This document shows, piece after piece, positions 13,298 through 27,280 of a DNA stretch of 64,000 nt; the first letter of the stretch is position 1, and each line of letters starts with the position of its first letter. The translations under genes were made by a program, and so were the position numbers. Where the stretch lies: assembly GCA_951406725.2 (NCBI GenBank), contig OX597815.1:13950001-14014000 (forward strand), read 5' to 3'. Below the pieces are notes generated by a model that searched no databases, was not told the origin of the DNA, and was given only the letters and a program-made list of their open reading frames with translations. Source of the DNA: Octopus vulgaris (lineage: Eukaryota).

Positions 13298-13655
13298 TTC
13301 TTTTTAATTGTTTCAGCCAGAGACAGTGGCCATGCTGGGGCACCAACTTCAAAAATTTTAGAAGAAAGAATAGACACCAATACTTATATGGTTGTTGTAA
13401 GCTGTTATTTACTCTACCGCCAGTTTTTTCGAACCGTTGAACAATAGAAACGTAAACACAACAAAACTGCTTGTCAACTGGTGGCGAGGAGGGAGTCACA
13501 GACACAAACACATATATGTATATATACAACAGGCTTCTTTCAGTTTCCGTTTACCAAATCATTTGACAGGATTTTGGTCGGGTCGAGGCTACAGTAAAAG
13601 ACACTTGCCCAAGGTACCAAAGCAGTGGAAGTGTACCCGGAACCATGTGGTCAGG
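13298..13655 (-). mobile_element. SINE family C (diverged)
   Basis: Reverse-complement match to 12622-13080. Confidence 0.75.
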
Positions 13656-13659
13656 AAAA

Positions 13660-15085
13660 AATCTTCTTTATTTCATTATATTGGCCATAAGGCCTTACAC
13701 GGAGAAAGGAAGATGCAGGCTGGACGTAGACACAATGTTATATGAAATGAAAATGAAAATGATGATTAATGGGAGAAAACACGATGCCCGCCAATCGATT
13801 TGATCTCTTGTATATTATTCATGAGGCAACACATCTCTACACTGTTCACAATAATCAATAACAAAATTCACTAACAAAATGAGGCGCTAAGCCTCTTACC
13901 ATTCGTTCCAAACTCGGAACTTTCAATAACACTGAAGCTTTTCAACATCTTATCACTATTCCTCCTCAACATGGCTTGTGCCCGCATACTACGCCATCAC
14001 CCACGCCTTATTCAAGATCAAAGCGGGAGCCGGGTCGGCGTCGCCCGGGTACAAACGATATTCCTCATTGAGTCCCTTCAGCCTATTCATCACGGGCAAC
14101 GTTGATACCTCCAGAGCTATCTGCTGAGGTCATTCGAGATCCTGTGTGCAAGCTAAACGGGATCCCTTATGGTGCTTTTCCACCACCTTGACAAGGTGGT
14201 GAGCTTACACGCCGGGCAAAATGCTTAACGGTATTTCGTCTGCGTTACGTTGTGAGTTCAAATTCCGCCGAGGTCGACTTTGCCTTTCATCCTTTCGGGG
14301 TCGATAAATTAAGTACCAGTTACGCACAGGGGTCGATGTAATCGACTTAATACCTATGTCTGTCCTTGTTTGTCCCCTCTGTGTTTAGCCCCTTGTGGGT
14401 AATAAAGAAATACGTGCTTTTCCACCACATTTTCTACCTCTCCGTCTCTATAGAAAAAGACCAATAATTCGTCTTCCTCCGGGGTGGGATATCCAATTCT
14501 ACCGTTGGTGGCACAGTTCCCGCCAACGGTATCTCTTCCCCTGCCGCTAGCACAACCCCAACCGACGAGGTTCCGGGACATTCCGGTACTATGTCACCGA
14601 CTGCCGGAAATATCTTGTTTGTCTTCCTCTTCCTCGTTTTTTCTTTTCAACTGAGGGAGGGTGCGTCACCTCTGTGACCGGGAGATTCGCCACCCCTTCC
14701 TCATCCCTAGGATCATTCGGTGAGCACCCATTGTTGCTCACCTTCTTCCTCTGGCGTACCTTCTTTGAGGAGTCCTCCGTCTCCTCGTCCACCTTGCTTC
14801 CCTCTTCTACAGAGGTCTCAATCAACTGCTCCCGCACCTTTCTTTGTTCCTGGGGACAGTTTTTCTTTTTATGGCCAGGCTCCAGGTACCGATGACACCT
14901 AGGGGGCGGCGACCCCCAAGAATCACCGGGTACTTGCACCCGGCCATTTTTTTTAATATCTGGAAAAACCAAGCAGGCTCATTGGGTCCAAAGCATCAAA
15001 GCAGCTGTTGACCCAACCCAATCAGCCGCAGGAAAAACTTTCACATTAAGGAGCTTGGCATCGCTGCCACCCAGACCCCGGGGAG
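13660..15085 (-). mobile_element. L1/Tx1-type LINE remnant with gag-like ORF1 zinc knuckle
   Basis: PPRCHRYLEPGHKKKNCP is a CX2CX4HX4C knuckle with C2 changed to Y, followed by a basic/acidic tail; higher GC than flanks; interrupted by a SINE. Confidence 0.6.
14192..14412 (+). mobile_element. SINE family B inserted in the L1/Tx1 remnant
   Basis: Family match; direct repeat GTGCTTTTCCACCAC at 14172-14186 and 14414-14428. Confidence 0.9.
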
Positions 15086-15096
15086 TTTATATAGAA

Positions 15097-15480
15097 CTAG
15101 CAGTATCGCCCGGCGTTGCTCAGGTTTGTAAGGGAAATAACTATAAAGCATTTTTAGAGAGTTATAGCCAAAAAATAGCAAAAAAAAAGGAAAAAATTAT
15201 GGTAAATTTTTTTTGATAGTTAAAAAAGGTGGAGTTGCGTCACCTACAAAGTTTGTGGTTTGTGTTCCTGATTCTCGACCCCATGTCGAATTTATCGATT
15301 TTTTTCAGAACTGGGGGAACTTTTCAAAATTTTCGCTGCGTTAGTTTTGAATTATGACATTGGGCTATGTGTGTGTCAAGTTTCATCAGAATCGGTTGAA
15401 AGCCGTGGTCAGGGTGAGGGTACAAGCAAACAGACACACAGAAACACGCACAGACAAACTGCCGTTTATATAGAGAGAGA
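15097..15480 (-). mobile_element. Non-autonomous Helitron
   Basis: 5' TC, 3' hairpin plus CTAG, A/T target; 3' end shared with 1946-2340. Confidence 0.8.
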
Positions 15481-15762
15481 TGTACATTCTATACAAATTC
15501 CCTATGGGAAATGAACATCTTGAAGAGAATCTTACATTGCTTATAAACTTTACGTCTGGAAGGATTCATATTAAACGCTGTTGGACTTTTGGATTTTACT
15601 CAGAGGATATTGGAATATTACACATATATACCATTATGCATATAAAGCGGATTTATGAACTCAATAACCATACATGTCTTACATCTATTTTCTTTCCTCC
15701 ACCTCACTCTCTATTTAGTATCACATCGAAACTAACTATGACTTAATTTTTCCTCTCACACC

Positions 15763-15813
15763 GTCTCCGATGAAGGGATATTTTAATTAATATCCAAGAA
15801 ACAGATGTAAGAC
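15763..15813 (+). ncRNA. Hammerhead ribozyme motif (U4 to C, probably inactive) in a PLE terminal fragment (~15481-15855)
   Basis: gtct-CCGATGA-ag-ggatatt[ttaatt]aatatcc-aa-GAAAC-agat-GTA-agac. Confidence 0.65.
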
Positions 15814-15850
15814 ATTCTATCTATAAATGCTCTAATATCTATACAGCCTT

Positions 15851-15925
<75 letters not shown>

Positions 15926-15987
15926 AATATAAATATATGTACATATATGTATATATGTATGTAGTGTATGTATGAATCTATATATCT

Positions 15988-17772
15988 ATGTATATGAGTA
16001 TGCATATAATTATAGATATATATATCTATAATATATCTATAACTGGCACTCTCCAAGATAATGCCAAATCCATGGCCGAGATACTGCAGAAACAATACTG
16101 CTCTGTTTTCAGCAATCCTGATATGGCCGATCTGGGCTGTATCAGTGATGTCAACCCCCAACACACTATATCGGACATAACGTTTAGTGCCCCTGATGTC
16201 TTAGCGGCGATAAACGAAATAAAACACAATTCAGCAGTAGGCCCCGATAGGTTCCCTGCTTGTGTCCTGAAGGTGTGTCGACACCAACTTGCATCTCTCC
16301 TTGCTAATCTGTGGAGAAACTCACTGGATGCTGGCTATATTCCAAAAAACCTTCTGTCCCAGTCTGTTGTCCCAGTTTTCAAAAAGGGAAACAAGTCCCT
16401 TGCAGTGAATTACCGTCCGATCTCACTCACCTCTCATATCATCAAGGTATTTGAGAGGGTGGTGAGATCTCAAATAACCCAATTTCTGGAAAGCAACAGA
16501 CGGCTGATCTCCAACCAACATGGGTTCCGTAATGGAAGGGACTGCCTAACGCAGCTCCTGCATCACTTTGAGGACATTTTGAGAGCTTTGGGAGAGGGCT
16601 CCAACACCGATGTCATCTACCTTGATTTCAGTAAGGCCTTCGACAGGGTCGATCACAAGATCCTATTGAAAAAACTATCCAACATTGGTGTCTCTGGAAA
16701 GTTACTGAAATGGATTAAGTGTTTCCTGACAGACAGATCTCAACATGTTGTAGTTGAAGGGGTAAAATCAAGCCCAGCCAAAGTCAGTAGTGGCGTTCCG
16801 CAAGGCACTGTGCTGGGTCCACTTCTTTTCATCATTTACATTAATGACATTAATGACATCATCAAGCACAGCAACATAAAAATCTTTGCAGATGACTCCA
16901 AGATACAGAAGGTCATAAATGAGGCGAGTGACCGGACATGCCTTCAGTCAGATCTACTGGCTGTTATCCAATGGGCAGAAAAAAACAATATGCTGCTGAA
17001 CGAGGATAAATTTGAGCTAATCCACTTTGGAAAAGAGGATGCCCTGAAACTCCCATACTCCCTTCCTTCAGGTGAAACTCTCGCGGCGTCCAACAACATC
17101 AGAGACTTGGGAGTAATTGTGGACAACAACGTAAGCTGGGCCACTCATATAAACACCAAAGTTGACATGGCCCGCAGAATGTGTTCCTGGATTCTCAGAA
17201 CTTTCCAGTCGAGAGATATCCACACCATTATCCTTCTCTTCTCCACTTTTGCCCGACCCCACCTTGAATACTGTTGTCCACTGTGGTCTCCCCACACAAT
17301 ACAAGGTATCAAAAAAGTCGAAGCACCTCAAAGGGCAATCACAAAAAAGATAGATGGCATGACAGGCCTCGACTATTGGGGTCGACTAGAAAAGCTAAAA
17401 CTCTATTCTCTCCAACGTCGTCGTGAGCGCTACATCATCTGCATGATGTGGAAAATATTCCATCAGCATTGCCCAAATGATGTTGGCATCACCTTTAAGG
17501 TACATCCAAGGCTTGGGCCCCGTGCCATCCGCCCAAAACAAAAATCGCACTCTCATCTCATAACAACAATACGGCACAATTATTTCACCTCAATTGGCCC
17601 CGCTCTCTTTAACATTACACCAAAACACATTAAAACAGAAACTGACCCTATAGGGTTCAAGAAGTCTTTGGACAGATTCCTTCAAGAAATCCCGGATAAA
17701 CCCCCTACACCCGGATATGTCTCTGTAAACAATAACTCTCTACTTGAGTGGGCCATAGTGCCCAAATTCTGA
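15988..17772 (+). CDS. Non-LTR reverse transcriptase (CR1 group), lacking the APE endonuclease; first ~18 aa are microsatellite-derived
   Basis: [70 protein letters not shown] motifs. Confidence 0.93.
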   Translation: MYMSMHIIIDIYIYNISITGTLQDNAKSMAEILQKQYCSVFSNPDMADLGCISDVNPQHTISDITFSAPDVLAAINEIKHNSAVGPDRFPACVLKVCRHQLASLLANLWRNSLDAGYIPKNLLSQSVVPVFKKGNKSLAVNYRPISLTSHIIKVFERVVRSQITQFLESNRRLISNQHGFRNGRDCLTQLLHHFEDILRALGEGSNTDVIYLDFSKAFDRVDHKILLKKLSNIGVSGKLLKWIKCFLTDRSQHVVVEGVKSSPAKVSSGVPQGTVLGPLLFIIYINDINDIIKHSNIKIFADDSKIQKVINEASDRTCLQSDLLAVIQWAEKNNMLLNEDKFELIHFGKEDALKLPYSLPSGETLAASNNIRDLGVIVDNNVSWATHINTKVDMARRMCSWILRTFQSRDIHTIILLFSTFARPHLEYCCPLWSPHTIQGIKKVEAPQRAITKKIDGMTGLDYWGRLEKLKLYSLQRRRERYIICMMWKIFHQHCPNDVGITFKVHPRLGPRAIRPKQKSHSHLITTIRHNYFTSIGPALFNITPKHIKTETDPIGFKKSLDRFLQEIPDKPPTPGYVSVNNNSLLEWAIVPKF

Positions 17773-17857
17773 CTTGAAAGACTTCACCAGGTGGTGCTAT
17801 TAAGTTAGACATGGCCTGGGCCAATAATGGCCGAAACCTATCAAAGTATCAAAGTAT
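16041..17857 (+). mobile_element. 5'-truncated CR1-group LINE
   Basis: Uninterrupted RT frame, short 3' UTR and tandem octamer tail TATCAAAG TATCAAAG TAT; begins directly after a (TA)n-rich tract. Confidence 0.92.
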
Positions 17858-17905
17858 ATTATATATAAATACGGAGAAATTATACTTAATATATTATTCT
17901 TAGTA

Positions 17906-18415
17906 TCTATATATATAAAACTGTAGTTGTGTGAGTGTCTGTCTCCTACGATTTAGATTCCTAACTCCTCCCACATTTTGCGGTGCAGTTTAACCAAATT
18001 CGGGTATCTTATAGTCGTGATAAATATTGAGCCCGTCTGAGTATTAGCGCGCGTCTACGATGAGTCTACGATTTTTAAAATAATTTAACATCATTTTTTA
18101 TTCCATTTTAAAGCATAATTTTTCGTGTGTCGATGGCGGCGGAGTTGGCGTCCACGCTCACAGCTGCACCTGTTTGCTTCTCCCCCTTCCCTCCCTCGTG
18201 AAGCTGTGGGGAAGGGAGTTTAAGGAAATCAACGTCGTAATGCGTTGTCAAGGAGACCAGCGTTCTTTTAGAACAACGACTTCATGGCTTGAAGACACCA
18301 AAACAGAAATGGCTAAGAAAGCCCGAATTGGCATCTATAAGGGAAGTAACTCTCTAAAAATGCTCATATAGTGATTTCCCTTACAAACCCGAGCAACGCC
18401 GGGCGATACTGCTAG
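17906..18415 (+). mobile_element. Complete non-autonomous Helitron
   Basis: A|TCTATATATATAAAA ... CCCG-agcaacgc-CGGG hairpin ... CTAG|T; no TSD. Confidence 0.85.
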
Positions 18416-18607
18416 TATATATATAGATATATGCACAAAGACACACACACACACACACTTATGAATATACATATATAGACAAACATGTAAACGTATATAC
18501 ATATATACGAGTGTGTATATATATATATGCATGTATGTATATATAAATATAGGTAGATAGACAGATAAATAGCCATGTATTAATTTTAAGTAATAATTAT
18601 AAATATA

Positions 18608-18678
<71 letters not shown>

Positions 18679-18755
18679 TTACAGATAAATTCCTCTACTT
18701 ACATAATATCGAGGTTTCTTTCATTCTTTTGTTGTCTTATCATTTTTATTTATAT

Positions 18756-18826
<71 letters not shown>

Positions 18827-19311
18827 GCAAAGAAAGAGAGACACGTAGTCAGAGAGAAAGTTAGTAAAGAATCTAAAATTGATGTTTACAATGAGATTAC
18901 TTAAGAAACAATTTCTTCTGTCCTGCTTAAAACAATTTCATATTACACGCATTAAATTATATGTGGTTACACCGGATTCATAACCTCTTGAGAGATATCA
19001 ATTTAAACTATATTCTTAATACTTCCATTAGGTTAGTTCAATACCTACATTTCATCTATTAATTTGCTTATAGAAATATATAATATATAATTTACAGAAA
19101 TACACACATACGTACACACATACAAACATGCAAATACATACCCATGCATATAAGATAGATGATTAATGGACACATAGATAGATAGATAGATAGATGGATA
19201 GAGAGATAGATAGATAGGTACGCAGATAGATGTGTAAGTATATAGAGAACATGTTATATATTAGATGAATATCTACGTGAGACTATATATATATATATAT
19301 GTATATATATA

Positions 19312-19625
19312 TCACCGTGATCACCGTAACATACCAGGCTATGAGATGTTGCTACACATCGCTGGTCACAATGCGCTTCGCATTGTTTTAGCCTTCAAAT
19401 GACGCGAACCAGTTGGCTAAGCGAGCAGGCCGGCAGAAGAAAGAGTGAGAGAAAGTTGTGGCGAAAGAGTACAGCAGGGATCGCCACTATCCCCTGCCTA
19501 AGTTTCGTGGAATTTCAGGGAGTTTTCGCTGAATAAACACTCACAACCCCCGGTCTGGGAATCGAAACCGCGATTCTACAACGGCAAGTCGCTGCCGTAA
19601 TCACTGAGCCAATGCGCCTCCACAC
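19312..19625 (-). mobile_element. SINE with family-A head and a different 3' tail
   Basis: First ~185 nt match family A; then an unrelated tail ending 'acggtgatcacggtgat'. Confidence 0.75.
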
Positions 19626-20221
19626 AAGCACACACACACACACACACACATGAATGAATGTATGTATGTATGTATGTATGTATGTATGTATGTATGTATG
19701 TATGTATGTATGTATGTATGTATGTTTACCACTTGTTATAATCGGAGCCACTGCTCCATAGCCACCAGTAACTCACTATTAATCTATAATGAGTTACTGG
19801 CGGTTTTGGTGCAATGGCTCCGAATATAGCAAGGGGTATTTAAATACCCTACTGAATTTAAATTTAGCTTATATTTTGTCTGGAAAGGTGCAAACTTGCT
19901 AGCCACCTTATTATTATCATTAATAACGGTAAGAATACCACTTTATTCAAATTTATATTGGCTCATGGTAGTTTTATTTTAAATGTCGCAGGGAATTTTC
20001 AAGCAAAGAACGCACACGAGGTAATGTGATGAATATTTATGAATATCCTAGAGAATGTTTGTCATACAGCTGAAGAAAGTAATTGATATAGAAATATACA
20101 TTCCTTAGGTATGTATTCCACTCAAGCTTCTCCTATGTTCATTGCATTGCCGTGTGTATCAGTGCATCTTAATAGTGAGTTACTTGTTGTCTTGGGGCAA
20201 TGACTCTTATTGTTACAAGTG

Positions 20222-20288
<67 letters not shown>

Positions 20289-20338
20289 GTATATGTGTGT
20301 GTGTATGTATATATATATATATGTATGTATATATCTGT

Positions 20339-20385
<47 letters not shown>

Positions 20386-20405
20386 CATATGTACACACAC
20401 ACATA

Positions 20406-20477
<72 letters not shown>

Positions 20478-23006
20478 GTGTGTGTTAAATATCGAATTAC
20501 GCCTCTCCTATATTTGATTCATTTCTATTTATTTTTTTTATTCTTCTTTCATTACACTTATGTAACTTATTACGTGCTTAAAGATTATATGTTAGAGAAC
20601 TCTTACAGAACTGCATTGAAATACACCTCATAATGTATTCGGAAACCATTTAAAATATTACTTCATCTTTCAAGTATAATTTCGAAAGATATTCATCAGT
20701 TGAAATCTTTTCTGTATTGAATTAAAGTTATTTATTTCATTCGCATTTCAATTTACCAAAATTTAATTGCTGCCGTCTATGATATTAAATTATTATGCAA
20801 GAAATTTGCGTACTCTCTAAGAATTACTTGCAGACAATCAGTCGCCGAGGCGATAATAAATATCATCGAAAATTATAGCACAGTGATACAAAGGATTTAT
20901 GTTCGAATGACATATCACCTGCACTCGGTTTGCTAGAAAACTTTTCCTATTTTAATACAGATCAAATGATATCATTTAACAGAAAGTTATGAAGAATACA
21001 TTGTATACTATAGTTATTGTCATACAAAGCTATAAAAGTTGTGGACGTTTCCGTTTGTGTTCGTTCACTCTGGAAAATATCTATCGTGTATTAAATTTAT
21101 AAAAAAATTAATAACCTCGAGGGATGAATTCAAGACCCTACGGGGAATGATCCACTATGGCAAAAAATTATGACAATGAACCAGAATAAGACAAGACAGT
21201 TTTAACCTTCAAACTCTATATAGGAGATGGGGAAATATTGGAATAAGATGAGTCCCTCTCCAGGAAGATCTATAATCATTCAGGTCTAGGATTAGCAACG
21301 GAAGTGAGAGGTTTTATCAGAGTGCAACATGGCAGTAAATTGAGAATTGTGCATCACTATCGGCGTTGAAACCTTCACAACTTCTTTGAGATTGTTACGT
21401 AACGGGAAGGCACCAAGTCTACATGGGTTTATATTATCTACAATAGTTTTACTTATTTTGCTTCTTAGATGTTTTCTTTCCTATAGCTTTCTACTCTCAT
21501 CTTTCTTTGAAGCGTTTGATCTATAATGTAGCCAAAACATTCAGTTGTGTTCGGGATCCCTCTACCTGGAGGAGAAATGTTCCTCACTTAAAACTTAATA
21601 TCTTAAAAAGATGGAATCTTGTATGGAATACTACCGAACAAATTACATTTGGAAACACGAATTAATAGACATAAAACAAATAGACATGAGTTTAAATTAT
21701 TGTTTGAGTAACAATTGTCGACAGTTTTAACAACACTTTCTTCAAATCCGACACTACTTGCACATCTAACTTGTTGCCATGGACACGAACGGGTTGAGAA
21801 ATCACTAGAACAACCAAAAAAGATAATTGCTTTCAATGAAAATTTATATGATTCTTTTCATAGCTATAAGAAGGAAAAATGGTTGCAGATGATTTGTTTC
21901 TTCTTATTTACCATCTGATAAAATATTTCTCTGCAAATCGTTTTAAATATTACAAAGCAAAATTAATTCTACATTACGTGATTTCAGAATATACGTTAAA
22001 TAGAGAGTTCAAAAGTGAAGAAATAATGATAATTATTGCAACAGTTTACTGAAATGTGTTTGCGAAAATATACATCGATAAATTCAATTAAAGAATTTAC
22101 ATACGTAAATATGTTATGGCCAACGCATATAGATATTTTCATATTTTCGTCTCAGTTGGATAATATTTATTCTGTAGTTAAATAGAACAAACAAATCAAC
22201 CGTTATTGAGAATATCAGTTAAATGTATACAATTTTACGAGCAGGAATTCTTTTAAGTTAATGCCGTATTAGAACTTAGCTGTTAACGTTAAAATTTGAA
22301 ATAAGTGGAAACCAAGACCTATCACACGATGAGTTCAGAATAATGTCATGAGCAGAAAAAGGATTGTGCCATAAGTTGAGGGATTGATGGCAGGCGGAAA
22401 CCTATGCGATAGAAGAAAACTGCAAACATCGAAAAGTGAAATACCAGAAAACATAAAACTTAACACATGTTTATTACCGCAAAGAAATTTATAATTAGTG
22501 AGACATGTAGAGCGGATGCTGCTAAGTAAATATGAGGAGGGATACAGATTTCCCTGCACTATTAGAGCAAAATTAGCTCGGAAAGCCTTCGTGTCACATT
22601 GGCATTTAAAAAAATAGCACACCAGTCAAGAGTGGAATATATCTGCTGTCATATCCTTACATATACGAATCTAGAAATTTAGGATTGTCGATTTTAATTT
22701 TCCTACTCCCTATATGAAAAAGTAGCAGTCATATACACGATGTAGTATATGCTAACAACAATTCGCCCCAAACATTCGTAATCTAAAATACAAGAATTTT
22801 TTTTAAAGTAGACATTCTTACATGCTACAACTAACAACTAATTTTGCCTTCAAATATAGACCAGAGCCTTAGAATTTAAAAAAAATCAGTTCGTAGGGAC
22901 ATAATAAAAAATTGCTGTGATGGTTACCAGTAGAATACCATTTGATTATATTATACCTGAACCGACCTGGGAGTTCTAAGCAAAATAACTGCAACATCAG
23001 CAATAC

Positions 23007-23460
23007 CTATTTCTTTACTACCCAGAAGGGGCTAAACACAGAGAGGACAAACAAGGACAGACAAACGGATTAAGTCGATTACATCGAGCCAAGTGCGTAA
23101 CTGGTACTTAATTTATCGACCTCGAAAGGATGAAAGGCAAAGTAAACCTCGGCAGAATTTGAACTCAGAACGTAGCGGCAGACGAACTACTGCTAAGCAT
23201 TTCGCCCGGCGTGCTAACGATTCTTATTTCCTTATTGCCCACAAGGGGTTAAACATAAAGGGGACAAACAAGGACAGACAAACGGATTAAGTCGATTACA
23301 TCGAGCCAAGTGCGTAACTGGTACTTAATTTATCGACCTCGAAAGGATGAAAGGCAAAGTAAACCTCGGCAGAATTTGAACTCAGAACGTAGCGGCAGAC
23401 GAAATACTGCTAAGCATTTCGCCCCCCGCCGTGCTAACGTTTCTGCCAGCTCGCCGCCTT
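23007..23460 (-). mobile_element. Head-to-tail dimer of SINE family B
   Basis: Full copy 23460-23225 followed by a 5'-clipped copy 23222-23007. Confidence 0.9.
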
Positions 23461-24219
23461 AAACAGCAGCACTATCACTACCAAGTAATGACTTTTCGAT
23501 AAAATTTGCATCTCATATTTTGCTGCTGACTGATATTCACATGTGATGTTAAAACTTATCTAATCTCTTTCATAGTAAAAACAAAAGGAACCACCCACGC
23601 TACAACCTCACATATAAATTAAATATAGACAGTGAAAAAGAAAATTCACACGTAATACTCTCGCGTACATTATAACACTGTAATACAGGCACATTATATC
23701 ACGTATAAGCACGCACTAAGACACGCAGACATTAAACCGAACACATTGATATTGGTGCACATAATGAAACACACACAATAAGGAATGTTCATTAAAACTC
23801 AACAGATAAATCAAAACATTGAAACACAATTACATACACTTTAAAACACTCATTAAGATACACATATATTAAAAGACGCATATGAAGAAATATTGATTCT
23901 TTAACAAACGCAATTAAATTGAAAACACATACATTAAATCAGACATACAGATACACAGGGAAACACACACAGTCGTCATTAAAACATATATACACGAGCT
24001 CAATAAAAACACAGACTATAAAATAAGTACTTTAAAATACAACCCACATATTCAGGCAGGATTTATATAATGACACTCTAAGAAAAATTACAGATACACA
24101 GCAAATGACACACTGCAACTCAACACAGGCAGACACACACACACACACACACTCACTCACACACTCACTCACACACTCACTCACACACACACGCACACAC
24201 ATACACGCTCTCTCTCTCT

Positions 24220-24252
<33 letters not shown>

Positions 24253-24916
24253 ACATCACACATACACACAAACAAACACAGTGTGATATTCAAAGAGAAT
24301 AGAATGCGATAGTAACAAGCAAACTGATAATTGATTAACATTTCAATATATAGTCTCATCCTCCTCCTCCTCTCTCTGCTTCCTTCTTCTTCCTCGTCTT
24401 ATAATTGTTGTAATTAATATTATTATTAGTATTATTATTGTTATCAATGCTGTTGTTGTTGTTATATACATTGTTGTTGTTGATGTTGTTGCTTTTGTTG
24501 TGTAACTCGAAGTCGTTGTTTGACAATGTTAAGACAGAGATGTATGGGTGCTGAATATATTTAACAGGAAAGAGGAAATTTTCTAAGATTTTAACTATTT
24601 CAGACAAACTTACAATAAATTCAAATGAAACCACTTAAAAGTGTCTGCTCCTGCATAGTCTTGGTGATCATGGCTAAGAAAACTAAAGAATTTGACCACT
24701 CGTTGTTGGGTTTCTTCGATTCGATATCTTAAGTAGAATATTACCAAGAAATATTTATTATCAGTACTAACACGCTTTCCTTCATCTTCTTTCTTCATTA
24801 TTCTCTTCTATTGTATTCTGGAATTGGTAAATTAAATACTACGAACCCGTACATACACGCAAGCGAACACAAGCCCGTACACCCACCTCATTTATATCTG
24901 TATTAATACATGCATA

Positions 24917-24930
24917 TAATAATAGTAACG

Positions 24931-24986
<56 letters not shown>

Positions 24987-24987
24987 G

Positions 24988-25078
<91 letters not shown>
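24917..25078. repeat. (TAA)n microsatellite
   Basis: Direct reading. Confidence 0.95.
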
Positions 25079-25079
<1 letters not shown>

Positions 25080-25663
25080 TCACAGACATGACAGAGTTGG
25101 AACCTACATACATTGAAAGCTATGCCAACATTATGGAATAACAACAGAAAAAAGATGGTATAGGCACACACCAGAAAAGGTCACAGAAAACGAGAAAGCA
25201 ACCATACTCTGGGATATGCCGATACACACAGATAGAGAAATTAAGGCCAACAGACCAGATATAGTTGTCAGAGATCATGAAGAAAAAAAATGCTTTCTAA
25301 TTGATGTATCAATACCGGCTGATGACAACGTGTCTCTAAAAGAAATGGAGAAACTCTCAAAATACAAAGACCTGGAAATAGAGGTAACTAGAATGTGGAA
25401 TCTGAAAACAGAAACAATTCCTATCATAGTAGGTGCATTAGGCATGATAAAAAAATATTCAGACAAATACATAACAAAAACACCAGGACTTACAAACACA
25501 TATAACATACAGAAAATTGCACTACTAGGCACTGCACACATCCTACGCAGAACACTTTCCATACAATAACCATCAGAGCATCACACCAAATCACAGCACA
25601 TACCCAAGGCACACAGAGCTGCGCTCGGTAGTGAAGTGAAAGCACACGATAAAAATAAAACTA

Positions 25664-25667
<4 letters not shown>
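25079..25667 (+). mobile_element. 3' fragment of an R4/Dong LINE (restriction-like endonuclease domain plus 3' UTR)
   Basis: IHRHDRV...ILWDMPIHTDREIKANRPDIVVRD...LIDVSIP...KLSKYKDL...GALG...GTAHILRRTL (PD-D-K REL); flanked by (TAA)n on both sides. Confidence 0.9.
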
Positions 25668-25868
<201 letters not shown>

Positions 25869-25869
25869 A

Positions 25870-26747
25870 TGCCCTCATGCAGAACCAGTCAGTGTCTCTC
25901 ATGGCTTCTGATCGTAACTGATAGGCAGTGTTATCCTGTACCTTGTTTGTCTTGGTATAAAAAAAATGCTACAGCAAATATTCTGCTCAATACCACAGAT
26001 TTGCTTGTCAGTTAGTTAGTTAGTTAGTTAGTTAGTTATTTAATTTGGCTCAATAGCAAATAGCAAGGCCATGTAGGGGGACATGGAGTTAAGTACAGGG
26101 TGGTGTTCATGTAAAGAGTTCAGGCCACTTGAGGTCAAAGGAGACTTTGAACAAAGCGGTCGTCGGCATCTTCACCATCTCGTCTGGCAGCTTGTTCCAC
26201 GGATCCGCAACCCGGAGGGAGAAAGCTCCTCTCATTCGATTGAGATGAAATCGTTGCAGGTAGAGCTTTTCGGAGTGACCCCGCAGCCGACGCTCTGGAG
26301 CAGGAGTGAAGAACAGCTCTTTCGAGAGGTTACACTTTCCGCTTATGATGCTCTTTGACCTTAACCAGGTGAGCATGTCCCTTAGTGCCTGACGATATGT
26401 GCATCGCTGAGCACGAGCGGAAGTAGTGGGGGAGCGTCATAGCCATGTGTTGAGAGGTATTCTTTAGGGTTTGAATAATTCATCTCTGGAAACATGGGTG
26501 TTTTGTTCAACATCCTTAAACAACCCTTATTCAGGGACCGTTTGAGTGGATTGGGTTACTCGACCAGAAGAAAATTCTAACTGGGCCCCAGCTGTTAATT
26601 TGATTTGAGATCAGCATGTCACGCACAAATGGTTGTGATGCATGTACCTAGTGTACCCTTATCAGACGGGTAGTCACGATGGGTATACTGGGCTTCGTAT
26701 ATTTTACCCCAGTGTCATTTTGATGGCAGGCACTGCTCTCTCACTCA
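25870..26747. mobile_element. Non-coding interspersed element bounded by (TAA)n/(CAA)n, interrupted by a CR1 3' end
   Basis: GC-richer unit between two trinucleotide tracts; resembles a repeat I recall from octopus (unverified). Confidence 0.45.
26011..26355 (-). mobile_element. 3' end of a CR1/L2-type LINE with (CTAA)n tail
   Basis: RLRGHSEKL...FSLRVADPWNKLP motif; tail (GTTA)n on the plus strand. Confidence 0.85.
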
Positions 26748-26767
26748 ATAACAACAACAACAACAAC

Positions 26768-26801
<34 letters not shown>

Positions 26802-27114
26802 CTAACATGGAATTTATAAACATTTCTTGCATCGTTACGATCGTTTCTACGAATCACATGACTCTTAAAAATCAGGCGAGCCATGGAAACGCGCGTAGCG
26901 ATGTATTAAATGTTTACAAATCCCATCCTAGGATTATCGTTGTTATTATTATATTTACCCTATATTATATCGGTATAACATAATGCAACACCGTAAAACT
27001 GTTCCACTATTCAACATCATTAGACGGTGGCCGGTATAATGGAATAGTGGGTGTATTCAAATATTCAAAGTGTAACAGTAAACAAATTTATGATATGTGT
27101 GCGTGTGTCTCTCG

Positions 27115-27230
27115 TGGCATTACGTCGGTTAGGACGACGAGGGTTCCAGTAGATCCGATCAACGGAACAGCCTGCTCGTGAAATTGGCGTGTGAGTTGTT
27201 GAGTACTGCACAGACAGATGTACTCATAAC
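27115..27230 (-). mobile_element. 3' fragment of SINE family A
   Basis: 'gacgacgagggttccag..gatccgatcaacggaacagcctgctcgtgaaatt' is the reverse complement of the family A tail. Confidence 0.75.
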
Positions 27231-27280
27231 AGATAACCTTTAAAATGATTAGACAGGCCACATATTAAATAAAATTAATC

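Noticed and set aside
17812-17840. GGCC-aataat-GGCC-GAAAC hairpin in the CR1 3' UTR
   Set aside because: No upstream CUGANGA; better explained as the LINE 3' recognition stem-loop
20670-20705. Minus-strand CTGATGA...CGAAA
   Set aside because: Stem II and stem III cannot form
23007-23460. Repeated units as a CRISPR-like array
   Set aside because: Eukaryotic SINE dimers; no short repeat-spacer periodicity and no cas genes
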